32,000 nucleotides of DNA from Erysipelotrichaceae bacterium (GTDB taxonomy: Bacteria; Bacillota_I; Bacilli_A; Erysipelotrichales; Erysipelotrichaceae), in contig OY781039.1 in assembly GCA_963676105.1 (NCBI GenBank), positions 1,890,001 to 1,922,000 of the forward strand, written 5' to 3'. Under the pieces are notes generated by a model. It saw only the letters and a list, made by a program, of their open reading frames with translations, was not told where the DNA came from and made no database searches. Positions 18,855 through 32,000 of the stretch are shown here, piece by piece; position 1 is the first letter of the stretch; each line of letters begins with the position of its first letter. A program made the position numbers and the translations under genes.

Positions 18855-18881
18855 AAGCTCCTTTATAGGAGCTTTTTGTTT
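18855..18881 (+). terminator. rrn operon 1 terminator
   Basis: Stem AAGCTCCT (18855-18862) / AGGAGCTT (18867-18874), loop TTAT, then TTTGTTT. Confidence 0.75.
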
Positions 18882-19186
18882 GGTTAAAACTATTGTATTA
18901 ATTTTTCAATAGGTTTATTATTAGATTACTCTCACTCTTTAGAAAGGATCTAAAAGTCTGACAGTAGATAATTTCTTTATATGATTTAAAAAAGTTCCTT
19001 TAATGTCCAATGTGGACAGGACAAGCAAATAAAACATGTAAAGTTCTTAATCTCTTAAAAATTCTTTTAATGACCCATTACTTCTGTAATTGAGAGATCA
19101 AAACCCTTAAAAAAGCATGGTTTTATGTACTAATTCAGCTGATTTATCAATAAATAAAAAAAGCTTAAATAAAGTGAAAAAAATCG

Positions 19187-19215
19187 TTGACAGGTGCTAG
19201 GGTGTTTGATATTAT
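19187..19215 (+). promoter_or_regulatory. rrn operon 2 promoter
   Basis: TTGACA (19187-19192), a 17-nt spacer, then TATTAT (19210-19215). The hexamers and spacing match operon 1, but the first 12 nt of the spacer differ (GGTGCTAGGGTG here, CAGTGTTGACGC in operon 1). Confidence 0.7.
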
Positions 19216-19370
19216 TAGTAGGCACTCGTTGAGAAACAAACGGCTTAAAGGGCTGAGGAAATGAGACAACGAAGAGCGCTGTTCTTTGAAAACTAAATAG
19301 GAAACAACGTCAATTTCAATCAATAATTGAAATCAAATCTCAGGGATGAGATTTAAATCTAAGAGCATAT

Positions 19371-20891
<1,521 letters not shown>

Positions 20892-21174
20892 AAGGAGAAA
20901 GAATTTTTTTAAACAAAAACCTAACGTTGGTTTCCTATTTAGTTTTGAGAGTACAGCTCTCAGAAGTGGTTCTTTGAAAACCGAATAACAGATATGAAAA
21001 GACATGATCTTTCTGAATAGTTGAAAAATTATTAGAAAAATTAAGATTTTTACATTACGAGAAACAAAAAACAATTTTTGAAAACAGAATTGTTTTAGTT
21101 AAAAACAAAACAGTAATCAAGCAATCAAAGTATATTATTTATACGTGAACACACATATAAAAAAATTTAAACGT

Positions 21175-24070
<2,896 letters not shown>

Positions 24071-24169
24071 CCCATAACTAATATAAAAACATCAATTATT
24101 TTCAGAAAGAGAATAGCCCTTTAATCAAATATATCTATTATTCGGTTTTGAGAGAATCAACTCTCATGA

Positions 24170-24283
24170 TCTGGTGACGATAGCGTAGTGGTCACACCTG
24201 TTCCCATCCCGAACACAGAAGTTAAGCACTACAGCGGTGACAATAGCATGGCTTGCCCATGTGAAGATAACACGTTGCCGGTT
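24170..24283 (+). rRNA. rrf: 5S rRNA, operon 2
   Basis: Same sequence as operon 1 shifted by 5434 bp. Confidence 0.9.
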
Positions 24284-24288
24284 ACATT

Positions 24289-24315
24289 AAGCTCCTTTAT
24301 AGGAGCTTTTTGTTT
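24289..24315 (+). terminator. rrn operon 2 terminator
   Basis: Same AAGCTCCT/AGGAGCTT hairpin and T-run as operon 1. Confidence 0.75.
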
Positions 24316-24357
24316 GGCTTTTTATTCGATATGTTATAATTTTTAGACAGGAAAACT

Positions 24358-24801
24358 ATGAAAATAACAACACACTCAGCACTTGAAACACAAGAAATTG
24401 CACGTAAAATTGCGATCCATTCTTTTAATGGATTAACCTTATTGTTAAGCGGAGATTTAGGTGCGGGAAAAACAACTTTTACACAAGGCTTAGCCCTTGG
24501 ATTGCATATTCATAAAACCGTATCTTCTCCTACTTTTACAATTATGAAAAATTATGAAGGTGACTTTAAACTTAACCATATTGATGCTTATCGACTAGAG
24601 GGTTTACATCAAGATTTAGGTTTTGAGGAACTGATTGGTAAAGATGGAATTACAGTTATAGAGTGGCCAGATTATATAGAAGATTTATGGCCAAATCATT
24701 TTATTAAAATTGATTTTAAATATATCGATGAAGAAATTCGTGAATTAGTGTTTACAGTTTCTGGTGATAAAGAGAAAGAAATTGTGGAGCATTTATTATG
24801 A
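24358..24801 (+). CDS. tsaE: tRNA t6A37 biosynthesis ATPase TsaE
   Basis: It has the P-loop GDLGAGKTTFTQG, SPTFTIM, H.D.YRL and the WPD motif typical of YjeE/TsaE. An extended -10 TGtTATAAT lies upstream at 24332-24340. Confidence 0.9.
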   Translation: MKITTHSALETQEIARKIAIHSFNGLTLLLSGDLGAGKTTFTQGLALGLHIHKTVSSPTFTIMKNYEGDFKLNHIDAYRLEGLHQDLGFEELIGKDGITVIEWPDYIEDLWPNHFIKIDFKYIDEEIRELVFTVSGDKEKEIVEHLL

Positions 24802-25400
24802 TTACATTAGGGTTAGATACATCTTTTCATTTTCTTAGTTTAGTTTTAATGAAAGATGATATTGTTATAGCTTCACTTCAAAAAGAAGCTTTAAGACAAC
24901 AATCAGAAACTATATTAACTGAACTTGATGATTTGTTTAAATCGGTCGACCTAAAACCATCGGATTTAAATCAAATTGTTTTAACAAAAGGACCAGGTTC
25001 ATATACAGGCTTAAGAATTGCGATGAGTATTGCGAAGATTATTGGATCTATTTCAAATACCAAAGTCTACACCATTTCATCTTTACAACTCTTGGCAGGT
25101 ATAAAAGAGAATGTCTCAATACTAATTGATGCGAGAGCTGATCGGGTTTATTTCGCGCGATATGATAAAGGTATTGCCTTAATTGAAGATGGCATTTATA
25201 CATTAGAAGAAGCAAAATCATTTATTCAAGATAACGATATTGTTTATGGCCATTTAAATTTATTAGGTCAAGAAGACAAATGGCCAAATTATATTAATCA
25301 TTATCTTCAACTAAGAGATTTTTGGGAAGCAGTTGATGATTTAGATCATTTAAGTCCTTCTTATTTTAAAGAACACGATGCATATAAGAAAAAAGTTTAA
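24798..25400 (+). CDS. tsaB: tRNA t6A37 biosynthesis protein TsaB
   Basis: LGLDTS at the N-terminus and GPGSYTGLRIAMSIAK, the YeaZ/TsaB signature. The start overlaps tsaE as ATGA. Confidence 0.85.
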   Translation: MITLGLDTSFHFLSLVLMKDDIVIASLQKEALRQQSETILTELDDLFKSVDLKPSDLNQIVLTKGPGSYTGLRIAMSIAKIIGSISNTKVYTISSLQLLAGIKENVSILIDARADRVYFARYDKGIALIEDGIYTLEEAKSFIQDNDIVYGHLNLLGQEDKWPNYINHYLQLRDFWEAVDDLDHLSPSYFKEHDAYKKKV

Positions 25401-25572
25401 ATGTGAAAAGTTTAAACTTTTTATTTTATTAATTTGAATCTAAAGTACTTTAATTAAAAAAATATTCTCATTTCCTTATATAAGGCTGTCGTTGGCCGTA
25501 ATTAGTTTACTTTTTGTATAGAATACTTTAAAATCAATATTGGTTTAAAAATAGATAAAAACAAGGAGGCAT

Positions 25573-27234
25573 ATGATGAAATTATCACCATTACAACTAG
25601 CTCGTTACGAGTATACACCTAAGCTTCCTGGGATGCTTAGAAATGGCATCGCAGAAATCGGCGTAAAAGAAGGATTAGAAACACAAAGTGTAGCTGATCA
25701 AGAAAAAATTAAAGCACTCTTTCCTAACACTTACGGTAAGAAAGAAATTACTTTTGAAAAAGGAACAAATACTTCTGTAGCGAAAAAACAGGTTGTCGGC
25801 GTTATCCTTTCAGGTGGACAAGCACCTGGTGGTCACAATGTTATTTGTGGTTTATATGATGCATTAAAAGCAACGAATAAAGACAATGTTCTTTATGGCT
25901 TTAAAAATGGTCCTATTGGATTAATTGAAGATAATAAATTAGAATTCACTGATGAATATATTAATGAATATAGAAATACTGGTGGATTTGATATCATCGG
26001 TTCTGGTCGTACAAAACTCGAAACTAACGAACAATTTGCAGTAGCGGCTGAAGTATGTAAGAAACATGGTATTAATGCGATCGTTATCATTGGTGGTGAT
26101 GATTCAAATACTAATGCAGCAGTATTAGCTGAATACTTTGCGGCTAATAACACTGGTATTCAAGTTATTGGTTGTCCAAAAACAATCGATGGTGACTTAA
26201 AAAATGAAGACATCGAAATTTCATTTGGTTTTGATACAGCAACTAAAACATATAGTGAATTAATCGGAAACATCCAACGTGATGCGAACTCTGCTAAAAA
26301 ATACTGGCACTTCATTAAAGTTATGGGTCGTTCAGCATCTCACGTAGCTTTGGAATGTGCTTTAGAAACACAACCTAACATCTGCTTAATTTCAGAAGAA
26401 GTTGCGGCTAAGAAAATGTCATTATCTCAAATTGCTGATTATATTGCAGATTCAGTTGAAGCTCGTGCAGCTAAAGGAATGAACTTCGGTGTTGCGGTCA
26501 TTCCTGAAGGTGTTGTTGAATTTGTTCCTGAATTCTCAGTGCTTATTGGCGAAATCAATGAATTATTAGCTGGAAGCAAAGCTGATGATTTCAATGCTTT
26601 AACTTCATGGTCAGATAAATATGCATTCATTGAAAAAGGTTTGACTAAAGAATCTATGGATGTGTTTGCGATTCTTCCACAAACTATCCAACAACAATTA
26701 TTCCTTGAAAGAGATCCACATGGAAACGTTCAAGTTTCATTGATCGAATCTGAAAAATTATTCTCAGCAATGGTTGCTGATAAATTAGCTGCACGTAAAG
26801 CTGCTGGAACATACACCGGGAAATTTGGTGCACTACATCACTTCTTCGGTTATGAAGGTCGTTGTGCATTCCCATCAAACTTTGATGCAGATTACACATA
26901 CTCAATTGGGTATAACGCAACAATGCTCATTCAATATGGTTTCACAGGTTATTTATCAAAAGTATCTAACTTATCTAAACCAGCGAATGAATGGGTTGCA
27001 GGTGGTATGCCAATCACTAAGATGATGAACATGGAAAGACGTCATGGTCATGACAAACCTGTTATTAAGAAAGCTTTAGTTGAATTAGATGGTAAACCAT
27101 TCAAATTCTTCGCAGCTAACAGAGAGAAATGGGCTGTTGAAACTGCCTATGTTTACCCAGGTGCAATTCAATACTATGGTCCTGAAGCAGTTTGTGATCT
27201 AACGACTAGAACATTAGCTTTGGAGCAAGAATAA
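25573..27234 (+). CDS. pfp: Diphosphate--fructose-6-phosphate 1-phosphotransferase (PPi-dependent phosphofructokinase, long form)
   Basis: GGDDS and PKTIDGD are present. The Asp and Lys at these positions are the established PPi-versus-ATP discriminators. Other motifs are MGR.ASH and the 550-aa long-form architecture. The SD is a strong AAGGAGG. The true start may be 25573 or 25576. Confidence 0.9.
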   Translation: MMKLSPLQLARYEYTPKLPGMLRNGIAEIGVKEGLETQSVADQEKIKALFPNTYGKKEITFEKGTNTSVAKKQVVGVILSGGQAPGGHNVICGLYDALKATNKDNVLYGFKNGPIGLIEDNKLEFTDEYINEYRNTGGFDIIGSGRTKLETNEQFAVAAEVCKKHGINAIVIIGGDDSNTNAAVLAEYFAANNTGIQVIGCPKTIDGDLKNEDIEISFGFDTATKTYSELIGNIQRDANSAKKYWHFIKVMGRSASHVALECALETQPNICLISEEVAAKKMSLSQIADYIADSVEARAAKGMNFGVAVIPEGVVEFVPEFSVLIGEINELLAGSKADDFNALTSWSDKYAFIEKGLTKESMDVFAILPQTIQQQLFLERDPHGNVQVSLIESEKLFSAMVADKLAARKAAGTYTGKFGALHHFFGYEGRCAFPSNFDADYTYSIGYNATMLIQYGFTGYLSKVSNLSKPANEWVAGGMPITKMMNMERRHGHDKPVIKKALVELDGKPFKFFAANREKWAVETAYVYPGAIQYYGPEAVCDLTTRTLALEQE

Positions 27235-27255
27235 ATATTAAATTTTAATTAAATG

Positions 27256-27290
27256 AAAAGAAGCGGAAAATATTTCTCGCTTCTTTTTTA
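27256..27290 (+). terminator. Intrinsic terminator after pfp
   Basis: Stem GAAGCG (27260-27265) / CGCTTC (27278-27283), extendable, followed by TTTTTT. Confidence 0.7.
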
Positions 27291-27370
27291 CAGTGTTTAT
27301 CGATTGATTTAAATGAAGGTAAATGGCAAAATGATAGTAGTATTTTACAAATGCTTTCAAGGAGGAAAAA

Positions 27371-27838
27371 ATGATTAGAAATATGCAGATTGATGACATA
27401 GATCATGTGTTTAATCTAGAAACTAAAGTTTTTTCCCATCCTTGGAGAAAAATGGACTTTTTATATGAATTAAAAGAGAATCCATTCTCAACAATTTGGG
27501 TCTTAGAAAAAGAGAATGTAATTGTTGCATACTTAGGATTTTGGCATGATGAGAATTTACTTCAAATTACTACCTTAGCGGTTGATGAAGATTTCCAGGG
27601 AAATGGTTATGCGAAAACATTGATGAAACATTTATTTGAATTTGCCCATGATCAAAAAATAGATGCGATTAGTTTGGAAGTAAGAGAGTCAAATGTTAGA
27701 GCTATTGGACTCTATGAACATTTTAATTTTAAAAAAGCAGCCGTTCGGTCTAATTATTATTCTCAACCAGACGAAGATGGTATCTTAATGGTCTGCAATA
27801 TGAAAGGAGATCTTATTCATGAAAATACTAGCCGTTGA
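27371..27838 (+). CDS. rimI: Ribosomal-protein-alanine N-acetyltransferase RimI (GNAT)
   Basis: It has the GNAT core ITTLAVDEDFQGNGYAKTLMKHL, sits immediately before tsaD, and has an AGGAGG SD. Confidence 0.8.
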   Translation: MIRNMQIDDIDHVFNLETKVFSHPWRKMDFLYELKENPFSTIWVLEKENVIVAYLGFWHDENLLQITTLAVDEDFQGNGYAKTLMKHLFEFAHDQKIDAISLEVRESNVRAIGLYEHFNFKKAAVRSNYYSQPDEDGILMVCNMKGDLIHENTSR

Positions 27839-28811
27839 AACATCCTGTGATGAAACTGCCATTTCAATTATCGAAGATGGTTCAAAAGTACTAAGTAATA
27901 CGGTTTCCTCGCAAATTGATACGCATAAATTATTTGGGGGCGTGGTACCTGAAGTTGCGAGTCGTATACATATTGAAAATATTAGTATTGTGTTAAATGA
28001 AGCATTAGCAGCTGCCAACTGTACTTTAGAAGATATAGATGCGATAGCATTTACACAGGGACCTGGTTTAGTCGGTTCTTTACATGTTGGAATTATGGCG
28101 GCCAAGACTTTGGCATGGTATACTCAGAAGCCACTTATTCCGATTCATCATATTACAGGTCACATTTATGCCAATCGTTTTGTGGATGAAATTGAATATC
28201 CAATGTTGGCTTTGGTGGTATCAGGAGGACATACTGAACTTGTTTATATTAAAGAAGAGTTTAATTTTGAAATTTTAGGTTCTACACAAGATGATGCAGT
28301 AGGTGAAGCCTATGATAAAGTAGCTCGTGCCATTGGTTTGGGTTATCCCGGTGGTCCTAAAATAGATAAGTTAGCTAAAGAAGGCAAGAAACATTATCCT
28401 TTACCAAAAGTTAAAACTCAAAAAGAACTAGATTTTTCTTTTAGTGGTTTAAAATCAGCTGTACTACAGACACTAAAGCGTCACGAAAAAGAAGGTATTG
28501 TTGAAGCTGATTTAGCCTATGATTTTCAAGAAGCAGTCATGCGTGAACTTATGAGTAAAACGCGTTTAGCTCTAGATAAAGTTGAAGTTAAACACCTAGT
28601 ATTAGGTGGTGGTGTTGCGGCAAACTCACGACTAAGAGAACTCATATTAGAGTTAAAAAATGATTATCCAGATTTAAAGATTACGATACCTCCAATGTGG
28701 TGTTGTACAGACAATGCAGCGATGATTGGTGCCGTAGCTGAGATTGCATATCGACATGGTGTTAGAGGTGGATTAGACGTTAGTGCAGACCCATCTTTAA
28801 ACTACTCGTGA
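27819..28811 (+). CDS. tsaD: tRNA N6-adenosine threonylcarbamoyltransferase TsaD
   Basis: MKILAVETSCDETA, GPGLVGSLHVG, HH..GH and GGGVAANS..R are canonical Kae1/TsaD motifs. The start overlaps the rimI 3' end by 20 nt. An AAGGAG SD is present. Confidence 0.93.
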   Translation: MKILAVETSCDETAISIIEDGSKVLSNTVSSQIDTHKLFGGVVPEVASRIHIENISIVLNEALAAANCTLEDIDAIAFTQGPGLVGSLHVGIMAAKTLAWYTQKPLIPIHHITGHIYANRFVDEIEYPMLALVVSGGHTELVYIKEEFNFEILGSTQDDAVGEAYDKVARAIGLGYPGGPKIDKLAKEGKKHYPLPKVKTQKELDFSFSGLKSAVLQTLKRHEKEGIVEADLAYDFQEAVMRELMSKTRLALDKVEVKHLVLGGGVAANSRLRELILELKNDYPDLKITIPPMWCCTDNAAMIGAVAEIAYRHGVRGGLDVSADPSLNYS

Positions 28812-28826
28812 AATTTTAATTCATTG

Positions 28827-28854
28827 TTCACAATTCACTTGTGTATGTTATAAT
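28827..28854 (+). promoter_or_regulatory. rex promoter with extended -10
   Basis: TTCACA (28827-28832), a 16-nt spacer, then TGtTATAAT (28846-28854). The inverted repeat CACAA-N5-TTGTG (28829-28843) overlaps the -35 and the spacer. Confidence 0.5.
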
Positions 28855-28873
28855 TTTAACAAGTAGGTGAATT

Positions 28874-29497
28874 ATGGAAAAAAGAACAAATGTGCCAAAG
28901 GCAACTTTACAACGTTTCCCCATTTATTTAAAGGCTTTAAGAAAGCTTGAGAAGCTTGGGGTACAACGTATTATGTCACGTGAATTATCAGAGTTCGTTA
29001 ATATAGAACCAACAACAATTCGTCGTGATTTTTCATTCTTAGGATCTCTAGGTAAGCAAGGTTATGGTTATGATGTTAACTCGCTTATCGAGATTTTTGA
29101 TGGTGAATTGGGTGGAAATTTCCACGAGAAACTTATTATCGTAGGGGCTGGTAACTTAGGTAAAGCGCTTATGAATTACAATCGATGGAACCACGTTGTT
29201 GGGGAAATCGTATGTGCATTTGATATTGCACCAGAAAAAGCGGGTGAAGTTTATCAAATCCCTGTATATCCTTTAGATCAAATTCGTGAGAAGATGCCTG
29301 AAGGTTGTCGTATTGCGATTTTAACGATTTCAAGTGATATACAAGAAACTGTCGACTTACTCATAGAACTAGGTATCAGAGGGATTGTGGACTTTACACA
29401 TGAACACATACAAGTGCCTAAAGAAGTGAGTGTTAAACAAGTTGACGTCGTATCAATGATTCAGGAGTTAGTGTTTGAAACAAACAGTATTAAATGA
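28874..29497 (+). CDS. rex: Redox-sensing transcriptional repressor Rex
   Basis: The N-terminal winged helix is [60 protein letters not shown], and the Rossmann motif is [12 protein letters not shown]. Confidence 0.9.
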   Translation: MEKRTNVPKATLQRFPIYLKALRKLEKLGVQRIMSRELSEFVNIEPTTIRRDFSFLGSLGKQGYGYDVNSLIEIFDGELGGNFHEKLIIVGAGNLGKALMNYNRWNHVVGEIVCAFDIAPEKAGEVYQIPVYPLDQIREKMPEGCRIAILTISSDIQETVDLLIELGIRGIVDFTHEHIQVPKEVSVKQVDVVSMIQELVFETNSIK

Positions 29498-30882
29498 TTA
29501 TGAACTTATTAATGACAGCAAGAGAATTATACGAAATCGCGGTTGACCATGAGTCTTTGGAGGCTGATGGTTTAGATTTAGTCCAAGTACAAGGTTGGGT
29601 AAGAACAAACCGTAACAATAATAATGTAGGCTTCATCGAACTCAATGATGGAAGTTATTTTAGAAATGTACAAGTAGTATATAGTAGTGATTTAGAAAAT
29701 TTTAATGAAATTTCTCATTACTTGACAGGTACCGCTTTAACAATCAGTGGTAAAGTAAAATTTACACCTGAAATGAAACAACCTTTTGAAATTGAACTTA
29801 AAGAAGTTGTTTTAGAAGGAGCATGTGATCCAGACTATCCACTTCAAAAGAAACGTCATAGTTTCGAATACTTAAGAGAAATCGGACATCTTCGTCCACG
29901 TACAAATACTTTCAATGCGGTTTTTAGAGTACGTTCTGTTTTAAGTATGGCGATTCATGAATTTTTCCAAGACCAAGGTTTTGTTTATGTGCACGCACCA
30001 ATTATTACTGGTAATGATGCAGAAGGTGCAGGTGAAGTATTCACCGTTACTACTCGTAAAGATGATAAATATGAGAAAGATTTCTTTGGTAAGAAATCTA
30101 GCTTAACCGTATCTGGGCAACTACAAGCTGAAGCTTATGCATTAGCGTTTAGAGATGTTTATACATTTGGTCCAACCTTTAGAGCTGAAAATTCTAATAC
30201 TCCAAGACATGCTTCAGAGTTCTGGATGATTGAACCTGAGATTGCCTTTGCGGATTTAGACGATGATATGAACCTCATTGAAGATATGGTTAAATACTGT
30301 ATTGATTATGTTTTAGAAAATGCACCAGAAGAAATGAAGTTCTTTAATGAACGTATTGATAAAACATTAATGGAACGCTTAAACTTAGTCATGCATTCAG
30401 ACTTTAAACGTATGACCTATACTGAAGCGATTGAAATTTTAAAGAATTCAGGTGAAAACTTTGAATTCCCTGTTGAATGGGGAACAGATCTTCAATCTGA
30501 ACATGAACGTTATCTATCAGAAAAAGTCGTTAAGGGACCTGTTTTCTTAATTGATTATCCCAAAGATATTAAAGCGTTTTATATGCGTACAAACGAAGAT
30601 GGTAAAACGGTTGCGGCCTGTGACTTGTTAGTTCCTTCGATTGGTGAACTTGTTGGTGGCTCTCAACGTGAAGAACGTTTAGATGTCCTTGAAGCACGCA
30701 TGGCGGAAATGGGTGTTGAAGCCGAAGGTCTTCAATGGTATTTAGATCTTAGACGTTATGGTGGATGCAAACATGCTGGGTTCGGCCTTGGATTTGAACG
30801 TTTCCTTATGTACATAACAGGTATAACTAATATTAGAGATGTTATTCCATTTGCTAGAACACCTAAGAATCTTTTATACTAG
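29494..30882 (+). CDS. asnS: Asparagine--tRNA ligase
   Basis: It is a class IIb synthetase: OB-fold N-terminus VQGWVRTNR, motif 2 [21 protein letters not shown], and motif 3 [12 protein letters not shown]. The start is ambiguous (ATG at 29494, 29500 or 29512), and none has a clear SD. Confidence 0.88.
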   Translation: MIMNLLMTARELYEIAVDHESLEADGLDLVQVQGWVRTNRNNNNVGFIELNDGSYFRNVQVVYSSDLENFNEISHYLTGTALTISGKVKFTPEMKQPFEIELKEVVLEGACDPDYPLQKKRHSFEYLREIGHLRPRTNTFNAVFRVRSVLSMAIHEFFQDQGFVYVHAPIITGNDAEGAGEVFTVTTRKDDKYEKDFFGKKSSLTVSGQLQAEAYALAFRDVYTFGPTFRAENSNTPRHASEFWMIEPEIAFADLDDDMNLIEDMVKYCIDYVLENAPEEMKFFNERIDKTLMERLNLVMHSDFKRMTYTEAIEILKNSGENFEFPVEWGTDLQSEHERYLSEKVVKGPVFLIDYPKDIKAFYMRTNEDGKTVAACDLLVPSIGELVGGSQREERLDVLEARMAEMGVEAEGLQWYLDLRRYGGCKHAGFGLGFERFLMYITGITNIRDVIPFARTPKNLLY

Positions 30883-30888
30883 TATCTG

Positions 30889-32000
30889 ATGTATAATCCA
30901 CAACTTAGAGAAGTTAAAAAAAGAAAATCAAATTTTCCTTGGGTCATATTTTCCCTTGGATTTTTTGTTGTGTCGGCGATTGGATTCTACTTTGCCTATC
31001 CTTATTTAAATGGGTCTGATGATGATGTAACTGACACCCCATTTACAATTTGTACATACGATATTTCACAGACACAAAATACAATCGAAGAACTATCATA
31101 CACAGATATTATTGAAATGAATGATTATCTTTTATATGGTGAAACCTTAAATTTATATGCAAACACATATCATCTTGGTGAAAACGATTATTTCATCGGT
31201 AAAACAGTTGTTTTAAAGAATGTTTGTGATGGTTATGAATGGGTTTATATGCTGGAATCTTATGTTGATAATCAAATTCCTTTAGAACTTTTACCAAATG
31301 GGTTTTATGAGGTTTATATCGTTGATAATCTCATTCAAAAAAGACTTGTTTCAAGTAATGAAATTGATGAAATTTTTTATCCTGTAAATCGTGATGGAAC
31401 AGCTAAAACAATAGAGTTATTAGCTCAAAAAGATTTGAGTTCAACAGATGAGAGAACAATTGAATTAAATCAAAATTATCTCTATATCAATGTTAAAGAT
31501 AGTGAACCTGAAGAACGTGTTGAAGTATACGACATTGTCTTAGATGGTGCACATTCAACCTATGTTGGAAATTCAGTTGAAAAAGGTCGTTCTGCTTTTA
31601 ATATGATTGAAGCCAATGAAACAGTTAGAATGGCAATTCTAGTTCAAGAAGAATTAGAGGTTGCAGGCTTAAAAGTTTATATGACACGAGATGATAGTGA
31701 AGATGTGATTGATCTATATGGTGAAGATGGTCGTTTATATAATGCCTATCAATCAAATGCGAAATACTATGTTGAATTTAATATGATCTTTAGTAATCTA
31801 GAAGAAAGAAATGGCGCAATTATGAGCTATTCACGCTTTAGTTCAAACCGTTTTGCGACAACTGTCTTTAAATCTTATATAAATGCCGGAATTATATCTG
31901 CTTATGGTAATGAATCTAGCACTAATATTGCGGGTGTTAAAGCTGCAAGTTTGTATGAAGGTTATGATTCGATTCCTGTTATTCGAGAAAGTGGTGGTCG
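30889..32000 (+). CDS. Membrane-anchored protein with a C-terminal Amidase_3-like (N-acetylmuramoyl-L-alanine amidase-like) domain, 3' end truncated by the window
   Basis: It is absent from the ORF track because it runs off the window. My hand translation from ATG 30889 is open to the end. It begins MYNPQLREVKKRKSNFPWVIFSLGFFVVSAIGFYFAY (TM anchor). Later it reads YDIVLDGAHS...EANETVRMAILVQEELEVAGLKVYMTRDDSEDVIDLYGEDGRLYNAYQSNAKYYVEFNM...GAIMSY...IPVIRESGG, which follows the Amidase_3 layout. Confidence 0.55.
   Translation, partial: MYNPQLREVKKRKSNFPWVIFSLGFFVVSAIGFYFAYPYLNGSDDDVTDTPFTICTYDISQTQNTIEELSYTDIIEMNDYLLYGETLNLYANTYHLGENDYFIGKTVVLKNVCDGYEWVYMLESYVDNQIPLELLPNGFYEVYIVDNLIQKRLVSSNEIDEIFYPVNRDGTAKTIELLAQKDLSSTDERTIELNQNYLYINVKDSEPEERVEVYDIVLDGAHSTYVGNSVEKGRSAFNMIEANETVRMAILVQEELEVAGLKVYMTRDDSEDVIDLYGEDGRLYNAYQSNAKYYVEFNMIFSNLEERNGAIMSYSRFSSNRFATTVFKSYINAGIISAYGNESSTNIAGVKAASLYEGYDSIPVIRESGG

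Overview
This is a low-GC chromosomal window from a Bacillota-type organism. Its 16S/23S signatures look Mollicutes- or Erysipelotrichia-like: GTCAAACC at the decoding site, CATGTTGTTTAATTCGA, and a 3' tail GGTATCCCTACGGGAACGTGGGGATGGATCACCTCCTTTCT. TGA is used as a stop codon, so the code is 11, not 4.

The centre of the window (13.77-24.32 kb) holds two apparently identical 16S-23S-5S operons in direct tandem with a period of 5434 bp. Each has its own TTGACA-17-TATTAT promoter, boxA-like elements and a 5S terminator, and neither has tRNA genes.

The left flank holds:
- an atypical two-component pair (LytS-type kinase with an embedded receiver-like domain, plus a REC-SARP/BTAD regulator);
- a polytopic membrane protein, a bactofilin, an ASCH protein and a transglutaminase-like lipoprotein;
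- an ankyrin-repeat gene tightly linked to an EF-G paralog whose catalytic His is Tyr, both behind a leader ORF/terminator arrangement;
- a YutG/PgpA-like gene, a translationally coupled string (thioredoxin-like lipoprotein, AAC(3)-family acetyltransferase, Ogt, alpha/beta hydrolase, RibD_C/DHFR-family protein), msrC (GAF), a TPP riboswitch with thiT, and ntdP.

The right flank holds tsaE-tsaB, a PPi-dependent phosphofructokinase inserted ahead of rimI-tsaD, then rex, asnS and a truncated membrane-anchored Amidase_3-like gene.

I saw no IS elements, prophage genes, CRISPR arrays or recognisable defence systems. The most unusual items are:
- the leader-ORF/ankyrin/EF-G-paralog module;
- the pseudo-receiver kinase with its SARP-type regulator;
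- a G19:C916 swap in the 16S central pseudoknot, which falls outside the degeneracy of the 27F and 907R primers.

All protein-family calls are by-eye motif recognition. No searches were run.
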